32,000 nt of DNA from Pseudoalteromonas tetraodonis (GCF_002310835.1 NZ_CP011041.1:1680001-1712000); one strand, 5' to 3'. Numbered from the stretch's first letter, positions 1 to 10,770 are shown. Translations and numbers: made by a program. Notes: generated by a model from the letters alone, not told the origin.

Positions 1-669
1 TGCAACGCCAAACATACTATCTATTTGAATAATTTGTGCAGGGGAAAAGTCATCAATACCGACTTTTTCAGCCCATTGATGCCATGCCCAAGGCCGTGCT
101 TTATGCACAATAAGCGGCACTTGATTGAGCGCCTGGCAGTGATCGTTTTGCCACTGATCGAGCAGCTTTTTATTACACGCTGGAATATATTCTAAATTAA
201 ATAACTCAGTAGCCAGCCCATCAAGCGGTTTACTTGAAGATAAAATGATTGATAAATCACTTTGGCGAGTCAGCTCTTTGCGCGTTTTAAGGGTGTCCAT
301 GTGTAAATTAATATTAGGATGCTCACTCGTCCACTCACTCAGTTTTGGCATTAGCAATTCACTGGCAAAAAACTCGGGCAGGGTAATGGTTAAATTTACA
401 TTTTGTTGTAACTGACTAAATTCGGTAATGGTGCTTTCCAGCATATTTATAATGGGGTAAATCGCTTCAAAAAAGTTTTTTCCAGCTGGCGTTAAGCTTA
501 TGGAACGGGTTTGCCTTTGAAATAAATCAATGCCCAGCTGCTCTTCTAGCTGCTTTATTTGATGGCTGACCGCCGATGGCGTTAAATACAGCTCTTTGGC
601 GGCATGTTTAAAACTTAAGCTTTTTGCGGCAAAACAAAAAGAGCGAAGGCCGCGAATAGGTGTTTGCAT
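1..669 (-). CDS. LysR-family transcriptional regulator. Partial: the N-terminal 223 codons are in the window and the C-terminus runs off the left edge.
   Basis: This ORF is not in the ORF track because it is open to the window edge. I checked manually that the minus frame from the ATG (complement of 667-669) has no stop down to position 1. It translates MQTPIRGLRSFCFAAKSLSFKHAAKELYLTPSAVSHQIKQLEEQLGIDLFQRQTRSISLTPAGKNFFE, a typical LysR winged-HTH N-terminus. Confidence 0.85.
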   Translation of the reverse strand, partial: MQTPIRGLRSFCFAAKSLSFKHAAKELYLTPSAVSHQIKQLEEQLGIDLFQRQTRSISLTPAGKNFFEAIYPIINMLESTITEFSQLQQNVNLTITLPEFFASELLMPKLSEWTSEHPNINLHMDTLKTRKELTRQSDLSIILSSSKPLDGLATELFNLEYIPACNKKLLDQWQNDHCQALNQVPLIVHKARPWAWHQWAEKVGIDDFSPAQIIQIDSMFGVA

Positions 670-825
670 GGTATCCAATATAAAGTTATTTCAATCACCT
701 TATTACAGGCAATTATTAAACCAAAAATAAAAGTTAACTATATCAGTTATTTAATTTTTTTATTAGGGCGAATTCACCTAAGTGGTGCGTTAAATTCTCA
801 CTATAGTGCAAAAGCTAAAATAAAG

Positions 826-856
826 GCAAAAAAAATCCCTCTTGCGAGGGATTTTG
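826..856 (-). terminator. Rho-independent terminator downstream of scoB
   Basis: The stem AAAATCCCTC (832-841) pairs with GAGGGATTTT (846-855) around a TTGC loop. On the minus strand the hairpin is followed by a run of 8 T. It lies 60 bp after the scoB stop. Confidence 0.6.
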
Positions 857-916
857 GGTAACTCAGCGCCATTGGCACTGGGAATGAGGTCGGTACAGGG
901 TGAAATTGTGAGTAGT

Positions 917-1573
917 TTAAAACACCATCTCAGGAATATCACCGTCAACAAGCAATTTACCTGCCGTTTTACTAATAATTTCATCAACTGATACGCCTGG
1001 TGCGCGTTCTAGCAAATGAAATGCGCCGTCTTTAACTTCTAATACGGCTAAATCGGTTACTATTTTTTTAACACAGTTAACGCCCGTCAGCGGTAACGTA
1101 CAGCTTTCTAATAATTTAGAATCGCCGTGTTTACTGGCATGGGTCATAGTAACAATAATGTTTTTTGCACCAGCAACTAAATCCATTGCTCCGCCCATGC
1201 CTTTTATTAATTTTTTAGGGATCATCCATGAGGCTATAGACCCGTTTTGGTCTACCTCAAATGCGCCCAGAACCGTTAAGTCTACATGACCACCCCGTAT
1301 CATGGCAAAACTATCTGCACTATTAAATATAGCTGCACCGGTAGCTGCCGTCACGGTTTCTTTACCCGCGTTGATCATATCGGCATCTACAGTGTCTTTA
1401 GTTGGGTATTCACCCATACCTAATAGGCCATTTTCGGACTGTAGCATAACTTCTATGCCATCGGGTACATAGTTTGCGACGAGTGTCGGAATACCTATGC
1501 CTAAATTAACATAGTACCCATCTTGTAGCTCTTGAGCGACGCGCATTGCGACTTGTTCACGTGATAATGCCAT
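917..1573 (-). CDS. scoB: Succinyl-CoA:3-ketoacid CoA-transferase subunit B (acetoacetate activation; liuG in Shewanella nomenclature)
   Basis: 218 aa. The sequence MALSREQVAMRVAQELQDGYYVNLGIGIPTLVANYVP...SENGLLG...GGAMDLV is typical of the class I CoA-transferase beta subunit. It sits directly downstream of subunit A. Confidence 0.92.
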   Translation of the reverse strand: MALSREQVAMRVAQELQDGYYVNLGIGIPTLVANYVPDGIEVMLQSENGLLGMGEYPTKDTVDADMINAGKETVTAATGAAIFNSADSFAMIRGGHVDLTVLGAFEVDQNGSIASWMIPKKLIKGMGGAMDLVAGAKNIIVTMTHASKHGDSKLLESCTLPLTGVNCVKKIVTDLAVLEVKDGAFHLLERAPGVSVDEIISKTAGKLLVDGDIPEMVF

Positions 1574-1588
1574 TTTAAGTGCTCCTGC

Positions 1589-2287
1589 TTAATCTCGTGT
1601 GGTAACACGTTCAATGCGTTTTTCAAAGTTGCCCTTGATCACGCGATTTACAAAAATGCCAGGGGTATGAATTTGACTTGGCTCTAGCTCACCGGGTTCA
1701 ACAATCTCTTCCACTTCGGCAACGGTAATTTTACCTGCGGTTGCGGCCATTGGATTAAAGTTCATTGCGGTATGGCGAAATACTAAATTACCGTAACGGT
1801 CTGCTTTCCATGCTTTTACAATGGCAAATTCGCCCGTGATTGACTCTTCTAAAATATAAGGGCGACCATTAAATTCTTTTACTTCTTTACCCTCAGCTAC
1901 TGGCGTACCGTAACCCGTGGCGGTATAAAAAGCAGGAATACCGGCACCACCAGCACGCATTTTTTCTGCTAGAGTCCCTTGCGGTGTTAGCTCTACATCA
2001 ATTTCGCCATTAAGTAGTTGTTGTTCAAAAAGAGCATTTTCGCCCACATAAGAGGCAACCACTTTTTTAATTTGTTTGTCTTGTAATAAAAGCCCTAAAC
2101 CAAAGTCATCAACGCCGCAATTGTTCGATACGACCGTTAACTCTTTGGTTTGCATTTTTTTAATTTGTGCTATTAATCCCTCGGGAATACCGCATAAACC
2201 AAAACCACCAGCGATGATAGTATCGCCGTCTTTTAAACCTTCCATTGCAGCTTCGTAACTCGAAACTACTTTATCAAAACCGGCCAT
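1589..2287 (-). CDS. scoA: Succinyl-CoA:3-ketoacid CoA-transferase subunit A (liuF)
   Basis: 232 aa. The motifs [17 protein letters not shown] and [23 protein letters not shown] are typical of the CoA-transferase alpha subunit. Confidence 0.92.
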   Translation of the reverse strand: MAGFDKVVSSYEAAMEGLKDGDTIIAGGFGLCGIPEGLIAQIKKMQTKELTVVSNNCGVDDFGLGLLLQDKQIKKVVASYVGENALFEQQLLNGEIDVELTPQGTLAEKMRAGGAGIPAFYTATGYGTPVAEGKEVKEFNGRPYILEESITGEFAIVKAWKADRYGNLVFRHTAMNFNPMAATAGKITVAEVEEIVEPGELEPSQIHTPGIFVNRVIKGNFEKRIERVTTRD

Positions 2288-2316
2288 GAGTGACTCCTCA
2301 TTCTATGCTATTGCAA

Positions 2317-3213
2317 TTATTGTGTGTGTAATGCCACTGAAACTTTACTAACAGGCTGTTTATTAAGCGCATTAGTAATTTGCCAACCTGCTTGTGCGAG
2401 CCTTTTTAAATCAATTCCATGTTCAATGCCAAGCCCTTGCAGTAAGTAAACAACATCTTCGGTGGCAACATTTCCTGACGCACCCTTAGCGTAAGGGCAG
2501 CCACCAAGGCCAGCAACGGCAGCGTCAACCGTTGAAATACCTAGGCTTAAGGCAGCGTAAATATTTGTGAGCGCCTGTCCATAGGTATCATGAAAGTGTA
2601 CTGCAAGCTTACTTTTATCAATATGCTTGAGCAGCAATGTAAGCAGCTCAGTCACTTTACCTGCGGTGCCGACACCAATAGTATCGCCAAGGCTCACTTC
2701 ATAGCAGCCAAGCGCTAATAACTTTTGTGCCACGTTTAAAACAACCTGAGGGTCAACGTCTCCCTCATAAGGGCAGCCTAAAACACAGCTTACATAACCA
2801 CGAACGCGTATATTATTGGCTTTAGCAAAAGTCATTACCTCGCTAAAACGATCAATACTTTGCGCTATTGAACAATTTATATTTTTTTGACAAAACGCTT
2901 CGCTGGCCGCCGTAAATATAGCAAATTCTTTAATACCAACAGCATGCGCAGCTTGTGCGCCTTTTAAATTTGGCGTTAAGGCACTTAAATTAATCTCTGG
3001 AAGGTCAAGCGCACTGATCACCTCGCTTGAGTCTGCCATTTGTGGCACCCATTTGGGAGATACAAATGCACCAGCTTCTATGTCTTTTAATCCCGCGGCG
3101 GCGAGGGCATTAATAAGTGTTACTTTATCTTCAGTGCTGACGGTTTTTTCATTTTGTAAACCATCACGTGCGCCCACTTCAACAATACGAACTTTGTTTG
3201 CAAAGGCACTCAT
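2317..3213 (-). CDS. liuE: Hydroxymethylglutaryl-CoA lyase
   Basis: 298 aa. It has VEVGARDGLQNE near the N-terminus and GGCPYA...GNVATED near the C-terminus, the HMGL-like TIM barrel signature. Its start overlaps the liuD stop by 1 nt (TAATG on the minus strand). Confidence 0.93.
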   Translation of the reverse strand: MSAFANKVRIVEVGARDGLQNEKTVSTEDKVTLINALAAAGLKDIEAGAFVSPKWVPQMADSSEVISALDLPEINLSALTPNLKGAQAAHAVGIKEFAIFTAASEAFCQKNINCSIAQSIDRFSEVMTFAKANNIRVRGYVSCVLGCPYEGDVDPQVVLNVAQKLLALGCYEVSLGDTIGVGTAGKVTELLTLLLKHIDKSKLAVHFHDTYGQALTNIYAALSLGISTVDAAVAGLGGCPYAKGASGNVATEDVVYLLQGLGIEHGIDLKRLAQAGWQITNALNKQPVSKVSVALHTQ

Positions 3214-5204
3214 TAAGCACCTTCCTGAACAGTCGTATCTTCAACAATGGCTAACAGTGCGCCGTGTGAAACTAGTTCACCTTCACCAAAGCAGTAACTC
3301 TGTAATATGCCGTCATGCGGTGCATTAAGTGTATATTCCATTTTCATGGCTTCGATAATAACAACGGCATCACCTTTAGTGATAGTGCTACCTACTTCAA
3401 TTAAATGTTTTACTACCGTGCCATTGAGTGGCGCAGCGAGCGGCAGCGCGTCATTTTCGTGTGAACTAATATAATGTTTATCAACATATTCAAACTTAGT
3501 TTGCAGTGCTTTATTCATTACAGTAATTGCATTGTCAGTTATGCTGACATGTGCGCTGTGCTTTTCACCGTTAATAAATACGTTGCACACACCATTATTT
3601 AACGTCCCTTGAACACTGTATACGCCCGTACTGTGTGTCACATTGTAACCCTGCGCAGTTTTGATAGCGCTTAGCGGTAAATCTACAAATGGGATTTTAA
3701 TTGCCTGCGGTGCATTTAAAGTAAACCCACTCAGTTGTTGCCAAGGGCTGGCACTATTGTTTTGTGCTTGGTGCGTGTTTAACGACTCTAAATAGGCAAA
3801 AGCGGCAATAAGCTGGCTTGATAGCAATAATGACTCATCAACTGCAGCGAGTGAATCACCTTGCTCAGCAATAAAGTGTGTACTTGGCGCGCCTTGTTTA
3901 AAACTTGCGTGGCAAGCTAAGTTATGTAAAAAGCCAATATTGGTACTAAAGCCTGCTAAATGAAATTGCTCAAGCGCCTGTTGCAAACGAGAAAGCGCTT
4001 GTTCGCGATTATCATCATGAACAATTAACTTTGCAATCATTGGGTCGTAGTAGGGGCTTATTTCATCACCTTGGGCAATCCCGGTATCTATGCGTACAAA
4101 TTCACTATTAACGGGGACATGTAGCGCTTCAATGGTGCCTGAGCACGGAATAAAGTCATTTGCAGGGTCTTCGGCGTAAATACGCGCTTCAAAGCTATGG
4201 CCTTGCAGTTGAATATCAGATTGCTTTAACGGCAGTGTTTGCCCGCCCGCAATATTAATTTGCCAGTTCACTAAATCAACACCGGTCACCATTTCGGTCA
4301 CTGGGTGCTCTACTTGCAGGCGAGTGTTCATTTCCATAAAGAAAAATTCATTACCGCAAAGTAAAAACTCAACAGTACCCGCACCACGGTAATTAATGGC
4401 TAATGCACAGCGTACAGCCGCTTCGCCCATTTCTTTACGCAGCGCGTCAGATAAACCTGGAGCAGGGGCTTCTTCAATCACTTTTTGGTGTCGGCGTTGC
4501 AACGAACAGTCACGATCACCCAAATAAACACAATTACCGTGATTATCTGCAAATACTTGTACTTCAACATGGCGAGGTTGATTAACGTAGCGCTCTAATA
4601 GCACTAAATCGTTACCAAAACCGGCAATGGCTTCACGTTGGGCGCCTTCAAGTGCAGCTATAAAGTCTTTCGGCTTTTCTACCACTCGCATCCCTTTACC
4701 GCCACCGCCAAAGGCCGCTTTGATAAGAACAGGGTAACCAATTTTTTCAGCCTCAGATTGCAAAAAAACAGGGTCTTGTTTATCACCATAGTAACCAGGT
4801 ACCAAAGGAACGTTTGCCGCGGCCATTATTTCTTTAGCACGGGTTTTTGAGCCCATTGCTTCAATACTCGTTGCTGGTGGGCCAATAAAAGCAATGTTAT
4901 TTGCTTCACAGGCTTTAGCAAATTCACTGTTTTCTGATAAAAAGCCGTAGCCTGGATGAATGCAATCAGCGCCACTGGCTTTAGCAACCTGCAAAATTTT
5001 ATCTGCGACTAGGTATGAATCTTTACTTGGCGCAGCACCAATATGGTAGGCTTCGTCGGCCATTTTTACATGTTGCGCGTTTTTATCTGCATCTGAATAC
5101 ACCGCAACCGTGGTTAAGCCCATTTGCTTTGCGGTGCGCATAATACGACAGGCAATTTCGCCACGGTTAGCAATCAGAATTTTTTGTAATTGTACTGTGT
5201 TCAT
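3213..5204 (-). CDS. liuD: 3-Methylcrotonyl-CoA carboxylase alpha subunit (biotin carboxylase plus BCCP domain)
   Basis: It contains KILIANRGEIACR, an ATP-grasp core and a C-terminal biotinylation motif EAMKME. The track ORF extends to 5225, but the ATG at 5204 (MNTVQLQKILIANRGE) has an AGGA Shine-Dalgarno 5 nt upstream and avoids overlapping liuC. Confidence 0.93.
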   Translation of the reverse strand: MNTVQLQKILIANRGEIACRIMRTAKQMGLTTVAVYSDADKNAQHVKMADEAYHIGAAPSKDSYLVADKILQVAKASGADCIHPGYGFLSENSEFAKACEANNIAFIGPPATSIEAMGSKTRAKEIMAAANVPLVPGYYGDKQDPVFLQSEAEKIGYPVLIKAAFGGGGKGMRVVEKPKDFIAALEGAQREAIAGFGNDLVLLERYVNQPRHVEVQVFADNHGNCVYLGDRDCSLQRRHQKVIEEAPAPGLSDALRKEMGEAAVRCALAINYRGAGTVEFLLCGNEFFFMEMNTRLQVEHPVTEMVTGVDLVNWQINIAGGQTLPLKQSDIQLQGHSFEARIYAEDPANDFIPCSGTIEALHVPVNSEFVRIDTGIAQGDEISPYYDPMIAKLIVHDDNREQALSRLQQALEQFHLAGFSTNIGFLHNLACHASFKQGAPSTHFIAEQGDSLAAVDESLLLSSQLIAAFAYLESLNTHQAQNNSASPWQQLSGFTLNAPQAIKIPFVDLPLSAIKTAQGYNVTHSTGVYSVQGTLNNGVCNVFINGEKHSAHVSITDNAITVMNKALQTKFEYVDKHYISSHENDALPLAAPLNGTVVKHLIEVGSTITKGDAVVIIEAMKMEYTLNAPHDGILQSYCFGEGELVSHGALLAIVEDTTVQEGA

Positions 5205-5212
5205 AATGCGTC

Positions 5213-5983
5213 CTAGAGTTGCCATTGGGGAGGGCGTTTATCAAAAAAGGCGCTCAGTCCTTCTTGGCCTTCAGTTGATACACGAATTTTAGCTATACGC
5301 TCTGCAGTCAGTGCAATTAGCTCCTCGTTTATCTCTTTATTGGCAACATCGTTAATAAGTGCTTTTGCGGCTTTAACGGCAATAGGGCCGTTATCAATCA
5401 AGGTTTGCAGCAAATTATCGAGGGCTGTCTCTAAGTTCCCAGTAATTTGATGCACTAAACCCAGTTGCTTTGCTGTGTGGGCATCAAACACTTCTGCAGT
5501 TAAAAAATATCTGCGTGCAGAACGCTCACCAATGGCCTTAATCACATAAGGGCTGATCACGGCAGGTATTAGCCCAAGTTTAACTTCACTTAAACAAAAT
5601 TGTGCATCGTCTTTACTAAGCGCAATATCACAGCAGGCAATTAAGCCTAATGCCCCACCAAAGGCGGCACCTTGTACCGCACAAATTGTAGGATGCGGGC
5701 TCTGTGCTAATACTTGCATAAGTTTAGCCAGTTGCATTGAATCAGCTAAGTTATCGTTATAGTTATTATCTGCCATCGATTTCATCCAGGCTAAGTCGGC
5801 ACCGGCTGAAAAATGTTTACCTTCGGTTTTGAGTACTAAGGCACGAATATCGAGTGTATTAGCATGTTCAATACATTGAATAAGCTCATGGATAACGTCG
5901 CTATTAAACGCATTACGTTTTTCTGGGCGGCTTAAAACGAGTACAGCCACATTAGATTTTGTTATTTGTAGTGTTACTGACAT
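5213..5983 (-). CDS. liuC: Methylglutaconyl-CoA hydratase (crotonase family)
   Basis: 256 aa in the enoyl-CoA hydratase fold (FSAGADL, GAAFGGALGLIACCDI). Its position between the two MCCase subunits is the canonical liu operon order. Confidence 0.85.
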   Translation of the reverse strand: MSVTLQITKSNVAVLVLSRPEKRNAFNSDVIHELIQCIEHANTLDIRALVLKTEGKHFSAGADLAWMKSMADNNYNDNLADSMQLAKLMQVLAQSPHPTICAVQGAAFGGALGLIACCDIALSKDDAQFCLSEVKLGLIPAVISPYVIKAIGERSARRYFLTAEVFDAHTAKQLGLVHQITGNLETALDNLLQTLIDNGPIAVKAAKALINDVANKEINEELIALTAERIAKIRVSTEGQEGLSAFFDKRPPQWQL

Positions 5984-5995
5984 TGTGCGCTCCGG

Positions 5996-7603
5996 TTACA
6001 TTCTAAATACGCCAAACTTAGACTCACGCTGTGGTGCATTTTTAGCTGCTGTTAATGCAAGCCCTAACACATTACGTGTATCGACAGGGTCTATAATGCC
6101 ATCGTCCCATAAGCGGGCACTGGCATAATAAGGATGACCTTGTTGTTCGTATTGACTAATAATTGGCTTTTTAAAATCGCTAACTTCTTGCTCGCTCATG
6201 CTTTCGCCTTTACGGGCTAATCCATCTTGTTTAACTTGTGCCATAACACCGGCAGCTTGCTCACCACCCATGACTGAAATACGGGCATTTGGCCACATCC
6301 ACATCATGGTCGGTTCAAATGCACGGCCACACATTCCATAATTGCCGGCGCCATAAGAGCCACCAATAAGCACGGTGAATTTTGGTACATCAGCACACGA
6401 CACCGCCATCACCATTTTAGCGCCATGTTTAGCAATGCCTTCGGCTTCGTATTTTTTACCGACCATAAAGCCAGTAATATTTTGTAAAAATACCAATGGA
6501 ATGTTGCGCTGAGCACACAGCTGAATAAAGTGCGCGCCTTTTTGCGCCGACTCACTAAATAAAATACCGTTATTAGCCACTATGCCCACAGGGTTGCCAT
6601 AAATGCTGGCAAAGCCTGTCACCAATGTTTCGCCAAAGTAACGTTTAAATTCATCAAAAGACGAGTCATCGACAGTGCGGGCTATTACTTCACGCACATC
6701 AAATGGCTTTTTAAGATCAGTACCAACAATGCCGTAAAGCTCGTTAATATCGTAACGGGGAGCTTTTACGTCATCTAATAATGGGGCGGTAGGGCGTGTG
6801 TAATTAATTCGCTCTATGCATTGGCGTGCAATTGATAATGCATGCGCATCATTTTCAGCGTAATGATCGGCCACACCCGATGTTTTACAATGAACATCGG
6901 CGCCGCCAAGCTCTTCTGCGGTAACTTCTTCACCGGTTGCCGCTTTTACCAGTGGTGGGCCTGCTAAAAATATAGTGCCTTGCTCTTTAACAATAATACT
7001 TTCATCGGCCATAGCAGGAACATACGCACCACCTGCGGTACATAAGCCCATAACCACTGCAATTTGTGGAATGCCTTTACCCGACATACGTGCTTGATTG
7101 TAAAAAATACGCCCAAAATGCAGTTTATCTGGAAATACATCGTCTTGCTCTGGCAAATTAGCACCGCCAGAATCAACTAAGTAAATACACGGTAAGTGGC
7201 AACGCTCAGCAATATCTTGTGCGCGTAAATGCTTTTTAACAGTAAGGGGGAAATAGGTGCCACCTTTAACTGTCGCGTCGTTTGCAATCACCATACATTC
7301 AACGCCTTTCACGCGACCAATACCTGCAACCACACCGGCACAAGGTATCTCTTGTTCATACACACCAAATGCAGCAAATTGCGATATTTCTAAAAAGGGT
7401 GAGCCTTCATCTAATAAAGTACTGATACGGTCACGAACAAACAGCTTTCCTCTGCTTTCATGGCGCTCTTTAAGTGCAGCGCCACCACCTAAGCTAATAT
7501 TGGCAACTTTATCGCGTAAATCATCCACCAGCGCCGACATATTTTTGTGGTTTTGCACAAAACTAGGATCGTGGGGATTAACGCTCGATTTTAAAATCGT
7601 CAT
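5996..7603 (-). CDS. liuB: 3-Methylcrotonyl-CoA carboxylase beta subunit (carboxyltransferase)
   Basis: 535 aa in the carboxyl-transferase family, with length and sequence typical of MccB ([43 protein letters not shown]). Confidence 0.95.
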   Translation of the reverse strand: MTILKSSVNPHDPSFVQNHKNMSALVDDLRDKVANISLGGGAALKERHESRGKLFVRDRISTLLDEGSPFLEISQFAAFGVYEQEIPCAGVVAGIGRVKGVECMVIANDATVKGGTYFPLTVKKHLRAQDIAERCHLPCIYLVDSGGANLPEQDDVFPDKLHFGRIFYNQARMSGKGIPQIAVVMGLCTAGGAYVPAMADESIIVKEQGTIFLAGPPLVKAATGEEVTAEELGGADVHCKTSGVADHYAENDAHALSIARQCIERINYTRPTAPLLDDVKAPRYDINELYGIVGTDLKKPFDVREVIARTVDDSSFDEFKRYFGETLVTGFASIYGNPVGIVANNGILFSESAQKGAHFIQLCAQRNIPLVFLQNITGFMVGKKYEAEGIAKHGAKMVMAVSCADVPKFTVLIGGSYGAGNYGMCGRAFEPTMMWMWPNARISVMGGEQAAGVMAQVKQDGLARKGESMSEQEVSDFKKPIISQYEQQGHPYYASARLWDDGIIDPVDTRNVLGLALTAAKNAPQRESKFGVFRM

Positions 7604-7613
7604 AAATTAATCC

Positions 7614-8789
7614 TTAACGGCTTTCAGTAAATAATTCACGACCAATTAACATACGGCGTATTTCTGAGGTGCCTGCACCAATCTCGTATAATTTCGCATC
7701 ACGCAGTAAGCGACCTGTTGCGTATTCGTTTATGTAGCCATTGCCGCCTAAAATTTGGATTGCATCAAGGGCCATTTTAGTTGCAAGCTCTGCAGCGTAT
7801 AAAATTGCGCCAGCTGCGTCTTTACGGGTGGTTTCGCCGCGATCACAGGCTTTTGCTACTGTGTACACATAAGAGCGGGCTGCATTCATTTGTGTATACA
7901 TATCGGCAATTTTGCCTTGAATTAACTGAAATTGACCAATAGGACTGTCAAACTGCTTACGCTCATGAATGTAAGGCACCACAATGTCCATACATGCTTG
8001 CATAATTCCTAACGGGCCTGCAGCTAAAACAACTCGCTCGTAATCAAGGCCGCTCATAAGTACCTTAACGCCTTCGTTTAAGTTACCTAAAATGTTTTCT
8101 TCGGGTACTTCGCAGTTATCAAATACCAGTTCACAGGTGTTTGATCCGCGCATACCGAGTTTGTCGAGTTTTTGTGCGGTAGAAAACCCCGGGAATGTTT
8201 TCTCAACAATAAAGGCGGTAATACCTTTCGCACCGGCGTTTAAATCTGTTTTTGCGTAAATAACCAGAGTATCGGCGTCAGGGCCATTGGTGATCCACAT
8301 TTTATTGCCGTTTAAAATGTACTTATCGCCTTTTTTCTCGGCTTTAAGTTTCATTGATACAACATCAGAGCCTGCGTTAGGCTCACTCATGGCCAAGGCA
8401 CCAATGTGTTCACCGCTAATTAGTTTAGGTAAGTATTTTTCTTTTTGTGCTTGTGATCCATTACGGTTTATTTGATTAACACACAGGTTTGAATGCGCAC
8501 CGTAACTTAAACCAATAGAGGCACTTGCACGGCTAATTTCTTCCATGGCAATAACGTGCTCTAAATAACCTAAGCCAGCACCACCAAATTCTTCATCCAC
8601 GGTCATGCCAAGCACGCCCATTTCACCCATTTGCGGCCAAAGTTCATTGGGGAACGCATTATCAAGGTCAGTTTTTTCAGCTAGTGGGGCAATTTCTTGA
8701 CTGGCAAAGCTGTTTACGTGACTGCGGATCATATCTGCAGTTTCGCCAAGGCCAAAGTTCATTTCTTTATATAGTGAAATAGTGCTCAT
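7614..8789 (-). CDS. liuA: Isovaleryl-CoA dehydrogenase
   Basis: 391 aa acyl-CoA dehydrogenase. The N-terminus [17 protein letters not shown] and the C-terminus [32 protein letters not shown] are typical of IVD. It is the first structural gene after liuR. Confidence 0.92.
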   Translation of the reverse strand: MSTISLYKEMNFGLGETADMIRSHVNSFASQEIAPLAEKTDLDNAFPNELWPQMGEMGVLGMTVDEEFGGAGLGYLEHVIAMEEISRASASIGLSYGAHSNLCVNQINRNGSQAQKEKYLPKLISGEHIGALAMSEPNAGSDVVSMKLKAEKKGDKYILNGNKMWITNGPDADTLVIYAKTDLNAGAKGITAFIVEKTFPGFSTAQKLDKLGMRGSNTCELVFDNCEVPEENILGNLNEGVKVLMSGLDYERVVLAAGPLGIMQACMDIVVPYIHERKQFDSPIGQFQLIQGKIADMYTQMNAARSYVYTVAKACDRGETTRKDAAGAILYAAELATKMALDAIQILGGNGYINEYATGRLLRDAKLYEIGAGTSEIRRMLIGRELFTESR

Positions 8790-8824
8790 GATTAATTCCT
8801 GTGTGTTGATGACGTTGTTATATT

Positions 8825-9259
8825 TTATTCATCTATTTTGCTAAGCGTGTCGCGACAGCGACGTTCAGCGGTGACCAGTTCCATAAGAACCACTTTAATG
8901 TCATCCATCTGTTGTGAAAGATCGGCTTTTTTCTCACTGATAAGGTCAAGCATAGTAACTAACTGTTTTGCACTTGATTTATCAGCATCATACAGTTCAA
9001 ACAAACGACCTGTTTCAGCTAAGGTGAAACCTAAACGTTTACCGCGCAGTATTAGCTTAAGGCGTACCTTGTCGCGCTTTGAGTAAATACGTGTTTGGCC
9101 ATTGCGCTCTGGCGATATTAACCCTTGGTCTTCGTAAAAACGGATAGAGCGGGTAGTAATATCAAATTCTTTCGCTAATTCGCTGATACTAAAAGTTTGT
9201 TCGTTTTTAGCCGGCTCATTGGCTGAATTTGCAAAGTTTGTTTGATTATCTGATTTCAT
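8825..9259 (-). CDS. liuR: MerR-family transcriptional regulator of the leucine catabolic operon (LiuR type)
   Basis: 144 aa. It has the Mer[30 protein letters not shown] followed by a coiled-coil dimerisation helix. It is the first gene of the liu operon, as described for gammaproteobacterial LiuR. Confidence 0.85.
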   Translation of the reverse strand: MKSDNQTNFANSANEPAKNEQTFSISELAKEFDITTRSIRFYEDQGLISPERNGQTRIYSKRDKVRLKLILRGKRLGFTLAETGRLFELYDADKSSAKQLVTMLDLISEKKADLSQQMDDIKVVLMELVTAERRCRDTLSKIDE

Positions 9260-9301
9260 TGTAATGTTTACCTCATTCGAATATCACCAATATAAGTGAA
9301 G

Positions 9302-9317
9302 TTTACGTAAAGGTAAA
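9302..9317. promoter_or_regulatory. Candidate LiuR (MerR-type) operator A, proximal to liuR
   Basis: TTTACGTAAAGGTAAA fits TTTACG-N4-SGTAAA, and its first 10 nt (TTTACGTAAA) are a perfect palindrome. It lies 43 bp upstream of the liuR ATG. On the minus strand it overlaps a TTTACC -35-like hexamer, followed by TATATT. Confidence 0.45.
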
Positions 9318-9476
9318 GTGCGATCTGGTTGTTATACTTTAGACGTACAAAATAAATGCGGATTTACAGTAGAAGTTGAGTGTTTATAAACGTTATAAGC
9401 CATTTGTGGAGGTTGTCATACATTTTTAGCAAGCTTGCTTTACAGTTTTCACACTAATTAGAAAGTTGATTTTAGA

Positions 9477-9498
9477 TTTACGTTGGCGTAAACGTAAA
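9477..9498. promoter_or_regulatory. Candidate LiuR operator B, proximal to the valine/isoleucine operon
   Basis: TTTACGTTGGCGTAAA is a 6+4+6 inverted repeat, followed by a third half-site CGTAAA. It has the same TTTACG-N4-SGTAAA architecture as box A. A TATGTA -10-like hexamer lies 19 nt after the TTTACG, which is MerR-like long spacing. Confidence 0.45.
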
Positions 9499-9588
9499 TT
9501 TTATGTATGCTCGTATTTATCAGATTAGTTTAAACATTAAGCTAAACATAATAAAACATGTTTGCGTTAATAGAAAATGGAGCCTTTT

Positions 9589-10770
9589 ATGTCTTTCGAA
9601 AGCGTTGTAATTGTAGCAGCAAAACGCACCCCAATGGGTGGATTTATGGGCGCACTAAGTGATGCGCAGTCTACTGAACTAGGTGCTACAGCTATTGCAG
9701 GTGCACTTGCTCAAACGGGTTTAAGCAATGATGCAATTGATGAAGTGATTATGGGCTGTGTATTACCAGCTGGCTTAGGCCAAGCGCCTGCACGTCAAGC
9801 AATGCTTAAAGCGGGGCTTGCACTTAGCACCGGTGCTACCACTATTAATAAAGTATGTGGCTCGGGTTTAAAAGCAGCGATGTTAGCGAATGATTTAATT
9901 AAGGCGGGTTCTATTGAATCAGCAATCGCTGGTGGTATGGAAAGCATGACCAATGCGCCTTACTTTATTCCTAAAGCCCGTGGCGGTATGCGTATGGGAC
10001 ATGGTGAAATAAAAGATCATATGATGAGCGATGGCCTTGAAGATGCTTACGACAATAAAGCAATGGGTTGTTTTGCTCAAGACACAGCCGATGAATACGG
10101 TATTGGTCGTGAGCAAATGGATAATTTTGCATTAAGCTCACTGACTAAAGCAAAAGCTGCAATTGAAAATGGTAGCTTTGAGAACGAGATTACTCCGCAC
10201 ACTATAAAAACGCGTAAGGGTGACATCACCGTTTCAATCGATGAGCAACCTGGCAACGCACGACCTGAAAAAATTCCAAGCTTAAGAGCTGCATTTAAAA
10301 AAGACGGCACCATTACTGCCGCTAACTCATCGTCTATTTCAGATGGTGGCGCAGCACTGATTTTAATGAGCGAATCAAAAGCAAAAGCAGAGGGTTTAAC
10401 GCCACTGTGCAAAATTGTGGCTCACAGCACGCATTCTCAAAAACCCAGTGAATTTACCGTAGCGCCTGTTGGTGCAATGAACAGCGTACTTGAAAAAGCA
10501 GGGTGGACAACCGCCGATGTTGACCTATGGGAAATTAACGAAGCGTTTGCCATGGTTACCATGCTAGCTATTAACGAGTTAAAGCTTGATGAGAACAAAG
10601 TTAATGTTAACGGTGGAGCCTGTGCATTGGGTCATCCTATTGGTGCCAGCGGTGCGCGTATTTTAGTAACACTTATCCATGCACTTAAAAACCGGGGTCT
10701 TAAAAAGGGCGTAGCCTCTTTATGTATTGGTGGCGGTGAAGCCGTTGCCATGGCCGTAGAAGCACTTTAA
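9589..10770 (+). CDS. Acetyl-CoA C-acyltransferase / acetoacetyl-CoA thiolase (ivdA in Shewanella nomenclature)
   Basis: Thiolase motifs are present: NKVCGSGLKA (active-site Cys) and NVNGGACALGHPIGASGARI. The track start at 9577 contains the GGAG that serves as Shine-Dalgarno for the ATG at 9589 (MSFESVVIVAAKRTP). Confidence 0.9.
   Translation: MSFESVVIVAAKRTPMGGFMGALSDAQSTELGATAIAGALAQTGLSNDAIDEVIMGCVLPAGLGQAPARQAMLKAGLALSTGATTINKVCGSGLKAAMLANDLIKAGSIESAIAGGMESMTNAPYFIPKARGGMRMGHGEIKDHMMSDGLEDAYDNKAMGCFAQDTADEYGIGREQMDNFALSSLTKAKAAIENGSFENEITPHTIKTRKGDITVSIDEQPGNARPEKIPSLRAAFKKDGTITAANSSSISDGGAALILMSESKAKAEGLTPLCKIVAHSTHSQKPSEFTVAPVGAMNSVLEKAGWTTADVDLWEINEAFAMVTMLAINELKLDENKVNVNGGACALGHPIGASGARILVTLIHALKNRGLKKGVASLCIGGGEAVAMAVEAL

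Noticed and set aside
664-987. Track ORFs 664-861 (+) and 790-987 (-) in the LysR/scoB intergenic region
   Set aside because: They are AT-rich with no Shine-Dalgarno. They span the scoB terminator hairpin and overlap the ends of real genes, so they are most likely spurious.
3213-5225. Upstream alternative starts offered by the ORF track: liuD 5225, thiolase 9577, ACAD 12416 (TTG), hydrolase 14384, cybB 21248, rmf 30244 (GTG)
   Set aside because: In each case a downstream ATG has a better-placed Shine-Dalgarno. It also matches the conserved N-terminus of the family or removes overlap with the preceding gene.
9381-9393. Identical 13-mer TGTTTATAAACGT at 9381-9393 (liu/ivd control region) and 17246-17258 (just after the last operon gene)
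   Set aside because: It is tempting as an operon-bracketing regulator site, since it contains the palindrome GTTTATAAAC. However, several exact 13-mer repeats are expected by chance among all position pairs in 32 kb of AT-rich DNA, so the evidence is insufficient.
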